58,124 nucleotides of DNA from Macrostomum lignano (Eukaryota). Positions 1 through 12,400 of the stretch are shown here, piece by piece (positions within the stretch are counted from its first letter, which is position 1; every line of letters starts with the position of its first letter). The notes beneath the pieces were generated by a model. The model searched no databases and was not told the origin of the DNA. It was given only the letters and a program-made list of their open reading frames with translations. Position numbers and translations under genes: made by a program. The stretch is taken from NCBI GenBank assembly GCA_002269645.1, contig NIVC01004146.1:1-58124 (forward strand), in the 5' to 3' direction.

Positions 1-477
1 ACTGGAAGCAGCCACCAACCTGGTCCTCCACAGCTTCCTCCATTCGCCGGCGGGCCTCAGCCTCGAACTCCCTGGCCCGTCGGTCCTCGGCTCGAGCCCC
101 GCGGAACACCCTGGCGTCGCTGCCAGGGCTGCGCTCCATGAACTGCCGGGGTACCGCCGGCTGACGAACAGGTGCAGAGCGCCAGCCTTGCCGCCGTCGG
201 GCCGCAGTGAGCTGAGCGACACCGGCATCGGCGAGGCGTCGGCGAAGCCCAGCCGGACTCTTCGGTTGGCAACGCAGCGTCGGGTGCTGTTGCCATGGAG
301 ACGGAGAGCGGCGCTGGCCGGCGCTTCCAGCGGCTGGCAGGCCTCAGAGCAGCCAATCAGTTCAGCCTGGCAGGTGAGCAGCCGGGTGCCCGGTTTGATG
401 AGGCCGGCGGAGGCTGCGCGGCACAGCAGGGGATCCAGCTGTGCGCCGATGCAGTACCAGCCGTCCGTGAGGGTCAC
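1..477 (-). CDS. BRCA2: BRCA2 exon encoding OB1 and the start of OB2/tower
   Basis: Acceptor AG at 478-479. Translates VTLTDGWYCIGAQLDPLLCRAASAGLIKPGTRLLTCQAELIGCSEACQPLEAPASAALRLHGNSTRR..RRYP, then after a frameshift QFMERSPGSDARVFRGARAEDRRARE. Matches human ELTDGWYAVKAQLD..SANSTR..RAYPIQWMEK. Confidence 0.92.
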   Translation of the reverse strand, partial: MTLTDGWYCIGAQLDPLLCRAASAGLIKPGTRLLTCQAELIGCSEACQPLEAPASAALRLHGNSTRRCVANRRVRLGFADASPMPVSLSSLRPDGGKAGALHLFVSRRYPGSSWSAALAATPGCSAGLEPRTDGPGSSRLRPAGEWRKLWRTRLVAASS

Positions 478-3400
478 CTAAATCGGGAAACTAATTAATG
501 CGTCAAATGATCACACGCTGCTTATAAACTACTGACCAACAGTAGCAAGTGGTAAATAGTATAGGCAGAGAAAAATGCTGGCGAGACAATTGTCAGACGG
601 CCAGACACAGACAGGTAGAGGGGAGACACAGACAGGTAGAGGGGAGACACAGACAGGTAGAGGGGAGACACAGACAGGTAGAGGGGAGACACAGACAGGT
701 AGAGGGGAGACACAGACAGGTAAAGGGAGACACAGACAGGTAGAGGGGAGACACAGACAGGTAGAGTGGCGACACAGACAGGTAGAGTGAAGACAGACAG
801 GTAGAGGGGAGACACAGACAGGTAGAGGGGAGACACAGACAGGTAGAGGGGAGACACAGACAGGTAGAGGGGAGACAAAGACAGGTAGAGGGGAGACACA
901 GACAGGTAAAGGGGAGACACAGACAGGTAGAGGGGAGACACAGACAGGTAGAGTGGCGACACAGACAGGTAGAGTGAAGACAGACAGGTAGAGGGGAGAC
1001 ACAGGCAGGTAGAGGGAGACACAGACAGGTAGAGGGAGACACAGACAGGTAGAGTGGCGACACAGACAGGTAGAGGGGAGACACAGACAGGTAGAGGGAA
1101 GACAGACAGGTAGAGGGAAGACACAGACAGCTAGAGGGAAGACACAGACAGGTAGAGGGGAGACACAGACAGGTAGAGTGGCGACACAGACAGGTAGAGG
1201 GGAGACATAAACAGGTAGAGGGGAGGGGAGGATACACACAGTCTGACAGGGCAATGGCAGCAAGGATTGAATAGAAGCCGGGAGTTTCCTAATAAAATGC
1301 AAAGCCAGCAAAGTGAACCTTGAGCTGCTGCTGCTGCTGTTGCGCTGGCTGCTTTCCAGTTTCTGTTCTGTCCGAGTTGCTGTTCCATTGCAGGCTGACC
1401 ACCTGCAGTGCTAGACGCGAGCTGGGCGGAGAGTCGCGCTCGAGAATTCGACGAATGCAGGGTCTGGTTGATGGAGGAATAAGCAGTAATATCTTGGTTC
1501 ATTTTGTTGAGCCGAAATCGAATTTTTATCTTGTTCGAGCAAGACTCTGCTAATTTGTCCCTAAGTACGAATTGTGCGCTAATAACATTTTCAGCTTTCA
1601 GACAATTATAAAGCACAATAATAAAACTATAATTGATTACACCTGCCCTAAATGGGCAGATGTGCAACCACAGCTCAGCCTCAGATATTGCGCGGCGCAT
1701 CTGAAGGCTGCGTACGGCTGTTCAGTCCAAGGACCTGGGGGGGGGTCGCCACACACAGCCTCAATTACCCCAGCTAGTGCTGGCACCCATTTTACAGCTG
1801 GGTGAACTGAAGAAACGCAGAGTTTAGTGTCTTGCTAAAGGACACAAATCGTTCCGGTGAGATCAGGAATCGAACCCCGACCTTCAAGTCGTGAGTCCGA
1901 CGCTCCAACCACTGGCTACAGAGTGCAAGTAGTATACAATAAATATATGCCACAGGAGACAAAGTGCAACAGAGGTCAGTACATTGTACGTAGAAGTGTG
2001 TACGCGAGAGTGTGTTGCATCACCTTGGCAACAAAACTGAGTCTGTAAGATAGAATAGACCCCCTCGTACACACGCAGGAGCATTTTTATTGCTCTACCA
2101 TTTTGCGTCTTATAAGACAAACTACTCAGCGCAAAATGGTAGCAGAAGAAACACAGTAGACAGCCACATCTTTGCACACGCAGTAAATCTCTGCAGAGTA
2201 GAATGAAAATATTTGAGAACAGATGCATTCAAAGTACGCAACGCGCACCGCCTTTTAACAGCTTTCATGTCTCCAGCGCACAGAGCACAGAGCTATTCGA
2301 GTCTAACGGGGGTGTCGAGGGCATAAGAGACGGACTAACAATAGAGCTCAGAGCTTTCCAGAGCTACTCAACAAGGAGGGCTGGGCTGCAAGTGCGCTTG
2401 AGCAGAAGAGCAAGAGAAAGAGATAAAAATTCTTAAATCTTCATGCTTTTTCACCTGCTAACAAAGATAGAAGTTTAGAGTAAAGACTAAAGCCCAATAT
2501 CTGAGTAGTTGAAATCTGAGCTTAACAGAAGCTGACAGAAAACCTGCAGCTCACAGCTGAGGATGCCAGAAGTTCGTCGAATGACCTTGGCCGCTCGGCC
2601 GAAAAATCAAGTGGTTGTGAGTTACTAACTGTCTAACTGTTGGATACTTTACTAAAATGTTGCATTTTAACATTGGTTAATGACACCCAAAATATTTCAG
2701 TTCGGCGTGGTAGACAACACGCCCAAGCTGCAGTTGGACATGACCGACGAGAGGAGCGTAGAGAACCTATCCAGGGTGTGCCACTTTCTCATGCGAGAGG
2801 GCAAGGCGTGCTTGAGAAGCCTATTCGATTCCAAGCATCCAACGGACGAGCTAACGGAACACTTGGCCTCGCCGGACATTCACCGGACGCTGAGGCGACT
2901 TAAGATCAAAGACATGCTAACCGAAGACGACTGGCAGACGCTCTACCCGAAGGAGAAATCTTCCGTGTCCGCTGACAACTACGACCTGCGTCTGCTGCTC
3001 CTGTTAGTAAAATACACCTGCGATGTGACGAAGCCGCAGCCAAACGGCTGGATGGGAGATCCGGAACCTCGCGATGACAGCCAGGGCGCAGCGCTGCAAC
3101 GCCTACTGGGCATTCAACGCGAGCTCGCCTCGCTGCAGACCTTAAAGGCGAGCGCAGCTAACAGACTGTTTAGCCGCATTGCCGAGCAGCTCCAGCGACT
3201 GGGACACTCGGGTGCAGCAGACTGTATGAACGCATACAAGCAGGACACTAGCATGGACGAGACTGAATCGCGCTTCATTCTGGGCGAATTCCTCGTCTGG
3301 TACCGCCAAGAGGTCAGCCAGTTGAAGAGAGAAATCGAAAACCAAGAACGAAAGAAGAAGCGCGAAGAGATTCCTATTCTGCAGAAACGGCTCAAGACGC

Positions 3401-6400
3401 GCGATTTGGACACGTCGGAAACGAAAAAACGCCAGTCGGTTGTTGGAAAGGCGACGATGGACATGAGCGACAAGTCGCGCTGTCAGAGATGGGCTCATAT
3501 CAAAACTGGCATGGTATTAGCGGAGCGCCTCATTCTCGACAAGTACTACGAACAGTTGCTCAACGATGTAAAAGCGGACACAGTGGTTGAGCATCTGATG
3601 AACAAGGAGATTATTACCCAAGACGAGAGCACGGAAATATTTTCTACTCTGCGCAACAACGAGCAGATGTCGACGTTGATCGACTTTCTAGTGCCAAAAT
3701 CTGGCAATGTGTTGGATGAGTTCGTTGAATCGCTGAAACCCAAGAACGAACAGGTGTACCAGCAGATGCACCAGGACTACCAGGCCGCTAAGGCCGACAT
3801 CCTTGCTAATAAACCACGTAAGTATTTATAGTAATTAATAAATCCTCTTTTAAGAGTTGATCATAGGATTTTTCTGTTTCTTCTGTTTCTTCAGAGGGTC
3901 TGCCTTACTGTAACAACATTCTTCGAGAGCGGTACTCCACCGCGTACGCCAAATGGAATCCGATTCCATGGTACACTAAAGTTGAAACAGACATTGCCGA
4001 ATTCTACTGTCAACAGCAGCTGCTCAATTTGAATGGGTAAGTAGCAGGAAAACAGATCAGATCATTAAGCCAGACATAATTTTCAACTTTGATTTCTCAA
4101 TTTAAAATTGCAGAAAGTCAGTCAACGCCTTCCAAGTTTTTGATTATAAGGAAGGCGAAAAAGACCCGCATACAGTAGTCATTGAGGGTGACCCCGGAAC
4201 AGGGAAGAGTACGCTGGCTAAGTATATGGCCTACAAATGGTCTTTGGACGAAAACGTATTCGGACGGCCTTTCCAACTGCTAATCTTGCTTGATCTCAAA
4301 GTGACAGCGCCCACAGTGAAAGTGATGATGATGGAACAGCTTTTCGGAGGCGACTGCAAGCTGGCCGAACGCGAAATTTGGGAGGTGATGAACATGCACC
4401 AGGCGAGCACACTGCTCATCATAGATGGCTACGAAGACAATCTAAATGATGAGATGAAGAGTTTGCTATTTGAGAACATCATGCCGGAACTGCACATTCT
4501 GGTATTTAGTCAGACTAACTTTACAGTCAGACTGATGCACCGCTACCAGCGAAAGGTAATTCTGACCGGATTCGCCAAATCCCAGGCAGAGGAGTACGTT
4601 CAGAAGTACGTCAAACTAGCTAAGAAGCCGTGGGAACACTTTTCCTCGTTTCTAAACAAGCTAGTAGTGGCAAAAAAATCAACTGAGCTTCAAAAGCTGC
4701 TGGATGCAGCGAAAAAGTCGCAGGAGCCGCAGAGGCGACGCGGGTCGTCAGAATCGGCGACATCTGTGACCTCGGCAAAGCCCAGAGACGAGCGACCTTT
4801 GGAGAGGGAAAACACGGACAAAGTCAGCACAAAACTAAGCCGCAGCTCTAGCAAGGGTCAAGGAAACGATCAGCAGCAACAACAGGATTCAAACGGTGAA
4901 AATTCAAATCAAAGCAAAATAGCGTCCCTGCGACATTACTCACAGGTGCCTTTGTACTGTTCGTTCTTCTGCCTGCTGACCGACATGCGCATGAGTATTG
5001 ATCTGAACTCTCCGACAACAATTGTGGAACAGTTTGTCTCCTGCATCAAGTTGAAGCTGATCGAACGCGAAAAGGAGAGTCGCTTCGAAGCGAATCGCGC
5101 CTACGCAATGCTGTCCGAACGCGCTATGGACACCATAAAGAAAGGCAGCGCAACTTTCATTTTGGCCAAGGAGGACCACATGATGACTAAGTTCGGCCTG
5201 ATTCAACTGGCTACAAACCTCACCGCAGAGGATAACCAGCGCTACATGTTTGGCAATCGTCTTATTCAAGAGTATCTCGCCGCGAAAAATCTAGACACTA
5301 GTGGAACAGATGAAGCTAGCCGCTTCTTCCAGAACATGAGTATGACTCCGATCTCCTACAATGTTGTTGTGTTCTACTGCAGCATCCGCAAGTCGGACAA
5401 CGACACGCCGGCCACCCGGGAACTGTTTGCAAAGATACTGCAGTATAACAAACGGCGAGGCAAAGCGAGTCGCATGAAAATGCCAGCGGCTACGTCGCCA
5501 GAAGACAGTCAACTGGTCGAGGGCAAGATCATGGACTACCAGCTCAGTCTGGAATGCGTGGCGGTCATGGACATGGCCCGCAGAGATCTTGGCAAGAAAA
5601 TTGTTGAATCGCTGCCAGAGCGATTCACCGTGAAGCACGAGGGCATCATTCCGAGATTGTCGCTTACAGGCCTGTCCAAGATGATCAAGTTTAACCACAC
5701 GACCATCCAAGAGGTGGACTTGCGCCTAGATCTGCTAGCCAAAGAGACGCTTGAGGCATACAAAAGTCTGGCTACCGCAATGAAAACGAACGTTCACATC
5801 AAGACGCTCCGCATCTACTGGACAGAGAAGGATCTAATGGCAGACTTCCTTCAAACCGTGTGCTGTCCGGAGCCAGAGGACCCCGCCAATTCTACAGGCC
5901 AGATGGAAATCAGGCGTAAGAAGCCCGATCAGACCGGCTTTCATCTGAAGAATCTTGAGTGCATCGACGAGTCAGGAAAGAAGCTGGACCAGTTGTCGCC
6001 AAAAATGCTAAACAACATGCGCGAAGCCTGCTCGAACATGACTAAACTAGAAACGTTCGCATTTCAAAATTGTCACCACATGTCGCTGGTTGGAAGCATA
6101 ATAAAAAATTTGCCAACTAAATTTGCGGACAACCTGCGCATTCTAGACTTTTCTGGCTGCCAGATGAGCATAGTGGCATCGCAGGATCTCAACGGAAAGC
6201 TGATGGAGAGCAAGAGTCTAGAAGGCCTGATCTTGGCTAACCTCAAGATTGATGCGATGGCCTTTAACACTTTCATCGCCGCATTCTCTAGCAATCGGAC
6301 CATTGTCCTGCTGGATTTGAGCGGAATCCGCCTGGACAATGTCTGCTTCTTCTCTCTATCCGAAGCGCTGAAAATTAATAACAAGCTTGAGAAGCTATTC

Positions 6401-9400
6401 TTACGCCAGGTGCCAATGGACACGAGAGCTTGCAAAGAGGTGGCTAGAATTCTAAAGATTAATAAGATGCTGAAACTTCTCACGGTCACGCAGGAGATCG
6501 TCAGCGAGGAGGGTCGCCGGGTTCTGGGCGAGGAGAGCCAGACGGAGACGCGCAAGAATCGGGCGGTCGTGGACGGCATCGGGGTGGAGTATCGGCAGAG
6601 ACCGACGAACGAGAGGGCCAATACTAAGAGAAACCCGCTGTCAGTCAAGTGAGGAAACCATGGCCGATGATGAAGACGCATCCTAACTATTATTATCAAA
6701 TAACAGTGAATTTCAATAACTTTTTAAAAGTTGTGAATAGTTTTTGTTTAGCACTGCCCTCCTTCGTTAATACGGCCCACAAGAACTTTGTAACTGTTTG
6801 CACAGAACGAGAAATCCTAGAATTTAAGCGATATCTTACTGAGACAAAGATGATTTTTTCTAAAGTAAAAACTGTACGTAAAACATACAGTATTGTTTTA
6901 AGTTTATTTATTCTCTATAATAACATTAAGCTAAATGATACAATATAATTTTCAATTTTTTAACAGACAGCTTTGTAACAGACTAACAGGAAAAGTTCTT
7001 GTCAATTTTTCTAGAAAAAATATAAACAAGTGAATAATAGTTTTTACACTTGGTTGGTTTTAAATGAAAATTTAAGACAGTGGGTACTTTAAACAAGATG
7101 ATGATGAAGCGGCCCCAGTCGCTAAACACAGAATCCCAGCTCCAGTTCCATATAAGACCGATCGTCCTTCTCTCTTGCCGTAGAGGGAGAAGATTAATTT
7201 GCCTGTCGATAAGAAGCCGAGCGACGAAGTTTGGGGTTGCTATGGGGGGAGGGGGGGTTAATGAATCGAATGGAGGCAAAGTGTCAGACAGTAGTGAGAT
7301 AGATAGGACCCATTCAATCGCGGCATCGATAGCGCTCACACTTATACTGTAAGAACTATATAGATTCTATATTCGAAAGTCTTGAGCGCATTGGCAGTTT
7401 GATTAAAATGCCCATAGCTATAGAGGTTGAAGCCACCAAACTCGCGCTGTCCCATCTTATCGTTGGGAGGGGGAGCCATAAATGGGAAAGAAAGAGAGAG
7501 AGAGACCAACAGGAGCTAGATCGGATAGAGAGAGAGCGAGTGAGCAATTATAAGAAACTGGGGAATGTGAAGTTCCGAATGAGAATAAGGCGGAAATGAA
7601 TAGGCCAGAGGCAAATGGTGAGGGGTGATATATAGGGATTCTGAGCAGTATAGACTCAAATAGAATAGGAATGATAGAGATAGAAGAAAGTAAAATGCGG
7701 AGGCACCAAATTCCAGAGCTTCGACCGGTTCGAAGAGTTGATTGGTTGCAAAGAGGCACTGATTTATATACGAGCGTGTATATAATAATACATAGAAGGG
7801 AGAAGACTGCAGGGGCTTGGGATTGAATTTTGTTCGGTTTGCTTTTCAATGGGAGATAATGACAGTGCATAAGAATGAGGAGGTGGTTGGGAGAGGGCAA
7901 GGAGACTCAGAACTTGGACTGACAACTCTTATTCAAGCCTTACATTTTTGGACAACTATAAAACTTGATTGTAGCTTAGTGTCTTTTAACTTCTCTTTTA
8001 TTACTAGGTCGCATTTATATTGCTCAGAATGCAGTTAATTGTGTTTAAGGAATTAGCAATCTGCGCTCCTTCTGTTGGTGACGCAACAAAGAAAGGAATA
8101 ACAGTTTTGAGTAAACTATATGTAAGTAACTACATGTAAGTCTTTTTATATGCAAACCGACAGCTCAGCCGCAGCTATTTCGCGGCGCATTTGAAGGTTG
8201 CGTACGGCTGTTCAGTCCAAGGACTGGGGGGTCGCCACACACCCTCAATTACCCCAGCTAATGCTGGCAACCATTTTACAGCTGGGTGAACTGAAGCAAT
8301 GCAGAGTTAAGTGTCTTGCTCAAGGACGCAAATTGTTTCAGTGGGATCGGAAATCGAACCCCTGACCTTCAAATTGTGAGTCCGACGCTCTAACCACTAG
8401 GCTACAACAGCCGTAGTACAGTCAAGTCAGTATTGCTAATCTCTTCAGGAAAATGATGTTTAAAGGAAAGCAGCATCAGTCTTGAGAAACAGCTATCTAG
8501 CTGAAGATATGAGATTCCCTATGAGTTTTTTTGGCTCAAAACATCTGAGTAACCACCAAGAGCCACAGAATTTCAGCAATTCCCCCCAATGAGCCTTGAC
8601 ATCTCAGCATTTCCCACACGAACCTTGGCATGTCCCAATTACCACACTGTCATTTTAAAATGTTTTCTCTGTGTTTTTGGCATGATTTTCTACACACTTT
8701 AGTTCCTTATCTGAACCTTTCTGAATTTAGGGCAATGGGAATCACACTTTAGGGCAATGAGAATCACACTTTAGGGCAATGGGAATCACACTTTAGGGCA
8801 ATGAGAATCACACTTTAGGGCAATTAGAATCACACTTTAGGGCAATGAGAATCACACTTTAGGGCAATGGGAATCACACTTTAGGGCAATGAGAATCACA
8901 CTTTAGGGCAATGAGAATCACACTTTAGGGCAATGAGAATCATACTTTAGGGCAATGAGAATTACTTTATACTTAAAAGTTCAAACAAAATGACTCGAAA
9001 CAGTCAGAAACTCGCAGACTGGGATAGAGGAAGGTTCTTGTTTTTTGCGTTTTTATTTGTTTACTCAATCCTAGCACGCCAAGTTCTAGCTGTGGGCCTC
9101 CTTGACACGAGGGAGAAAGGGGAAGAAAAGGAAAAAAGGAAGGACGAGGTGCGTCAGTCGAAGGTACACACAGTCGAGCACGGGCGAATAAAATCGAAAG
9201 CTGGTGTGATAGGCCTTGAGACGCAGCCAACAAATGGCCTTTAATATTTTAGCATTGCGGCAGGAAAATCCGCTGTAATCTGACACCGGCAATACAGTTT
9301 ACAAACGAGAGCTGGCCAGCCCACTAAACCAGCTGTCGGATTTCCTCCGCAAAGATGAGCGACAATGAGGAACGAATCTGCCTCGTACCAAAAGACGACG

Positions 9401-12400
9401 ACGAATGGAAGCAGCAAAAGCCGACGGTGACACAAGGAGACACGATCGATGCTACCATAGTAGAGGAGGCTTCAACTTCTTCATCGACGGCTGCAGTCAC
9501 TACGGCACTGTCAGCAACAGCATCGGCACCATCGGCAGCCTCAAACAGCAGCAGCAGCAACAACAAGCGAAGGAGAAAGCTAAGAAGAGCCGGTACAGTT
9601 ATTGGTGGAAGCAAGAGATTTTCGAGCCATGGTGGCGGCGGGAGCGGCAGCGGCGGAGTGGCTGGAGGCAGACGGGTGCTGGCTAAGAAGGCCAGTCTGG
9701 TTGCTATCGCATCGTCCAAGAGGCACACAAGTAAAAAAGTGAGTAGATCGGAGGCCACAAGATGTTGCATCAAGCAGAGGGGGGGGGGGGTTGTAGCCTA
9801 CTGGTTAGGGGGTTCGATTCTTGACCCACCCAGAACAACTTGTGTCCTTGAGAAAGACACCTCAACTCTGCATTGCTTCAGTTCACCCAGCAGTAAAATG
9901 GGTGACAGCATTACCTGGGGTAATTGAGGGCTTGTGTGGCGATGGCAACCCCCAGATTTTAGACTCAACAGCCGCAAGCAGCCTTCAGATGCGCCACGCA
10001 ATAGCCAGTTGTACGAGCTACATCTGCCTATTAAGGCAGGTGTAGTAAAAAAGCTGTCAGTGAAGATGCTATGATAGTGGAGATGAGATCTCACTGGAGA
10101 TCAGATATTAGTAGATAACATGAGAAAGAAATAGGGTTAAGGTGAAGGTAAAGATTATACATCCGTGAATATAAGAGCTCAGTGGAGATTCAATATCAAT
10201 AAGGACGAGATTTCATTAGGGATGAAGGTTGAGATGTCAGTAGGGATAAGGGGATAAGTTCTCAATATGTCATTTCATCACTCGTAGGTAGCTGTAGCCG
10301 ACTGAAACTATAAATAATGATCAAATATGAATACAAGTCAATAAGATTGCAATCAAACAATTCTTTTTCAAAACTATCAATTGCTCGGCCGTATTAATTC
10401 CCCTATAGAACATTAGGGCGCCCAATTATGCTGAAGAAGAGATAAAGAAATTGACTATGAAAAAAGGATGGGAAACGCGCATATTTTTATTTGCATATAA
10501 CAACGCTTGTCCCCTAATTGCGATTGAAATTCAATTATCCAGTACTAAATTTTCTATTTTGAGTTATGGCACGCATTATAGCTATATTGGATTAGAAGAT
10601 AAGCAAATATATATTGGAATAAATTCGGCAAGGGGTGCTTAGGAAAATGAGTAGTGGTTGGGAGTACCAACTAGTTTTCTCCTCTATTCTCCGATTCCAA
10701 CAATCTATAGTGCGAAATGCCAAATTCAGTGTGTTAAGGAAATGATGACGGCTCGAGTTACGAGCCGGTTTCTGGAGAGGATTTAAAAAGCGCCAAACAG
10801 TCCTTCTCCCGTCAACTCACGTCTAGTTGGCAGATACCTGGGTACACGCAAGAGACACCCGCTGAGGACTTAGAGAACTCTTATTCAACTCGCATCAAAA
10901 CTTCTTACAGATATCGGATCATTTTAACAGCATCAACAAGCTGGCTCAGAAGAGGGCTCTGATGCGTTCGAAGCAAATTGACCAGCTGTTGCTGACTGAC
11001 CAGGAAGCCAAGCGCAAGGAGATTCACCTGCTGCTGATTGGTTTGTTTTTTACTCTAGTACAACACGACACACGTTAAAACAGTTTCTTTCTTAAACATC
11101 TAATAATTCCAAATACCTCGACGTCTTAAGTGTGTCTACCATATCCTGAAGTGTGTCTACCACAGCCTGAAGTGTGACTACCACAGCCTGAAGTGTGTCT
11201 AACATAGCATGAAGTGTGTCTACCACAGCCTGAAGTGTGTCTCTCGACAGACTAAAGTGTTTTTACCTCAGACTAAAGTGTCTCACGGCCTCTGTAGTGT
11301 CTCGACAGGATAAAATATGTCTAGTACAGTCTACAAGTGTGTCTATCAATCAAAGTGTGTCTCACCATAAAGTTTAAGTATATTATGCACTTAAAACGAT
11401 TACAGTATATATTAATATTATCCGTTGTTCAGCGCTATTCCGTTAGATTAATTTTTTAACTGCCGATTTTTTTTCAACAAAAACGTATATTAACGTTAAA
11501 TCCATGTTTCACTTTTTCACATTAACCTAGGCGGCAACGGATGCGGCAAGAGTACGTTAGTGAAACAGTTTCGAATTCACTACGGAGACGCATTCCCGGA
11601 CGAGCAACGCAAGGCGCTGATCGGTCAGGTGCTGGAGAATCTAGCAGATGCGGTGCACATTGTGCTGGAGAATATGCGCACTAGGGACATCTGGTTTCAC
11701 GATCCCTACATCAAGGTAGGAAGGTAGCGGTTTTTATTCTACATCAAAGTTTGATTGCAGCTGTTGTTGGTCAAAGGGACTGTTTCGAAATTCTAGAAAT
11801 TATCTATCAGAGGACTTGGGCCAGAAGGCTTTCGCTCGATTCCAGGCGTAGCTACATCAAATTTGAATCCACATATTGGGATATTTTTGCTCGACCCATG
11901 GCAGACAAAGTCGGGGCTGCAGTGCATCTTTAGTGCGCCCCTCATGTCTCTGTACTTGTGTAGCTTTGGCTTTAGGGAACCGCAAAAATTCAAGGGTTCA
12001 CTTCCTCAGTGCCAGGGTTTTGGAGTTGGTTTTCTTGAACAAGCCCCAGGCAAATATTCATACACCAGACCCGAATTCTGTGGCCCCGCATGGAATGCAA
12101 CTCACACGGAGATTTAAGACCATTGTTAATCGCGCACCCAACCAGGACATGGTTGAAGAATTCCAAGCCTACTGTCCGAAATTCAACAGTCTAATATTTC
12201 GCCACTCCGGCAAACAAGTGGACATTGAGAACAGCATTCACTACGCGCACGTTGATTTTGTGGACGACGATACGCTGGCATCGGCGCCGACTGACACTGA
12301 CCTGCCTAGCAGTTGCGGTCACGACAACGCGCATGAACTACTATTATTCGATGTTAGCTACCGAGAGGCCAGGCGAAACAACTTAGACTTGAACGGACTT

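Noticed and set aside
522-1311. Long Cys/Pro/Leu-rich ORFs (200-260 aa)
   Set aside because: Translations of the 21-bp intronic array; no non-repetitive coding signal.
1860-1920. tRNA genes (also 8345-8405 and 9792-9830)
   Set aside because: A and B boxes only, with no full cloverleaf; each is fused to a SINE body.
2558-2590. Hammerhead-ribozyme-like CTGAGGATG (also ~45443)
   Set aside because: No stem II closing onto GAAAC; the first overlaps the NLR start codon.
6983-8038. Short ORFs and GA-rich DNA, possibly a decayed retroelement (also 10020-10320)
   Set aside because: No recognisable protein motif.
8727-8963. Telomeric repeat (each unit contains TTAGGG)
   Set aside because: A single hexamer within a 22-bp unit, not tandem TTAGGG.
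11716-12049. Extra G-alpha exons (45-nt intron to 11761, or an exon from 11811)
   Set aside because: The 11761 frame stops after 11 codons, and the 11811 option has only weak donors. Left unresolved and not annotated.
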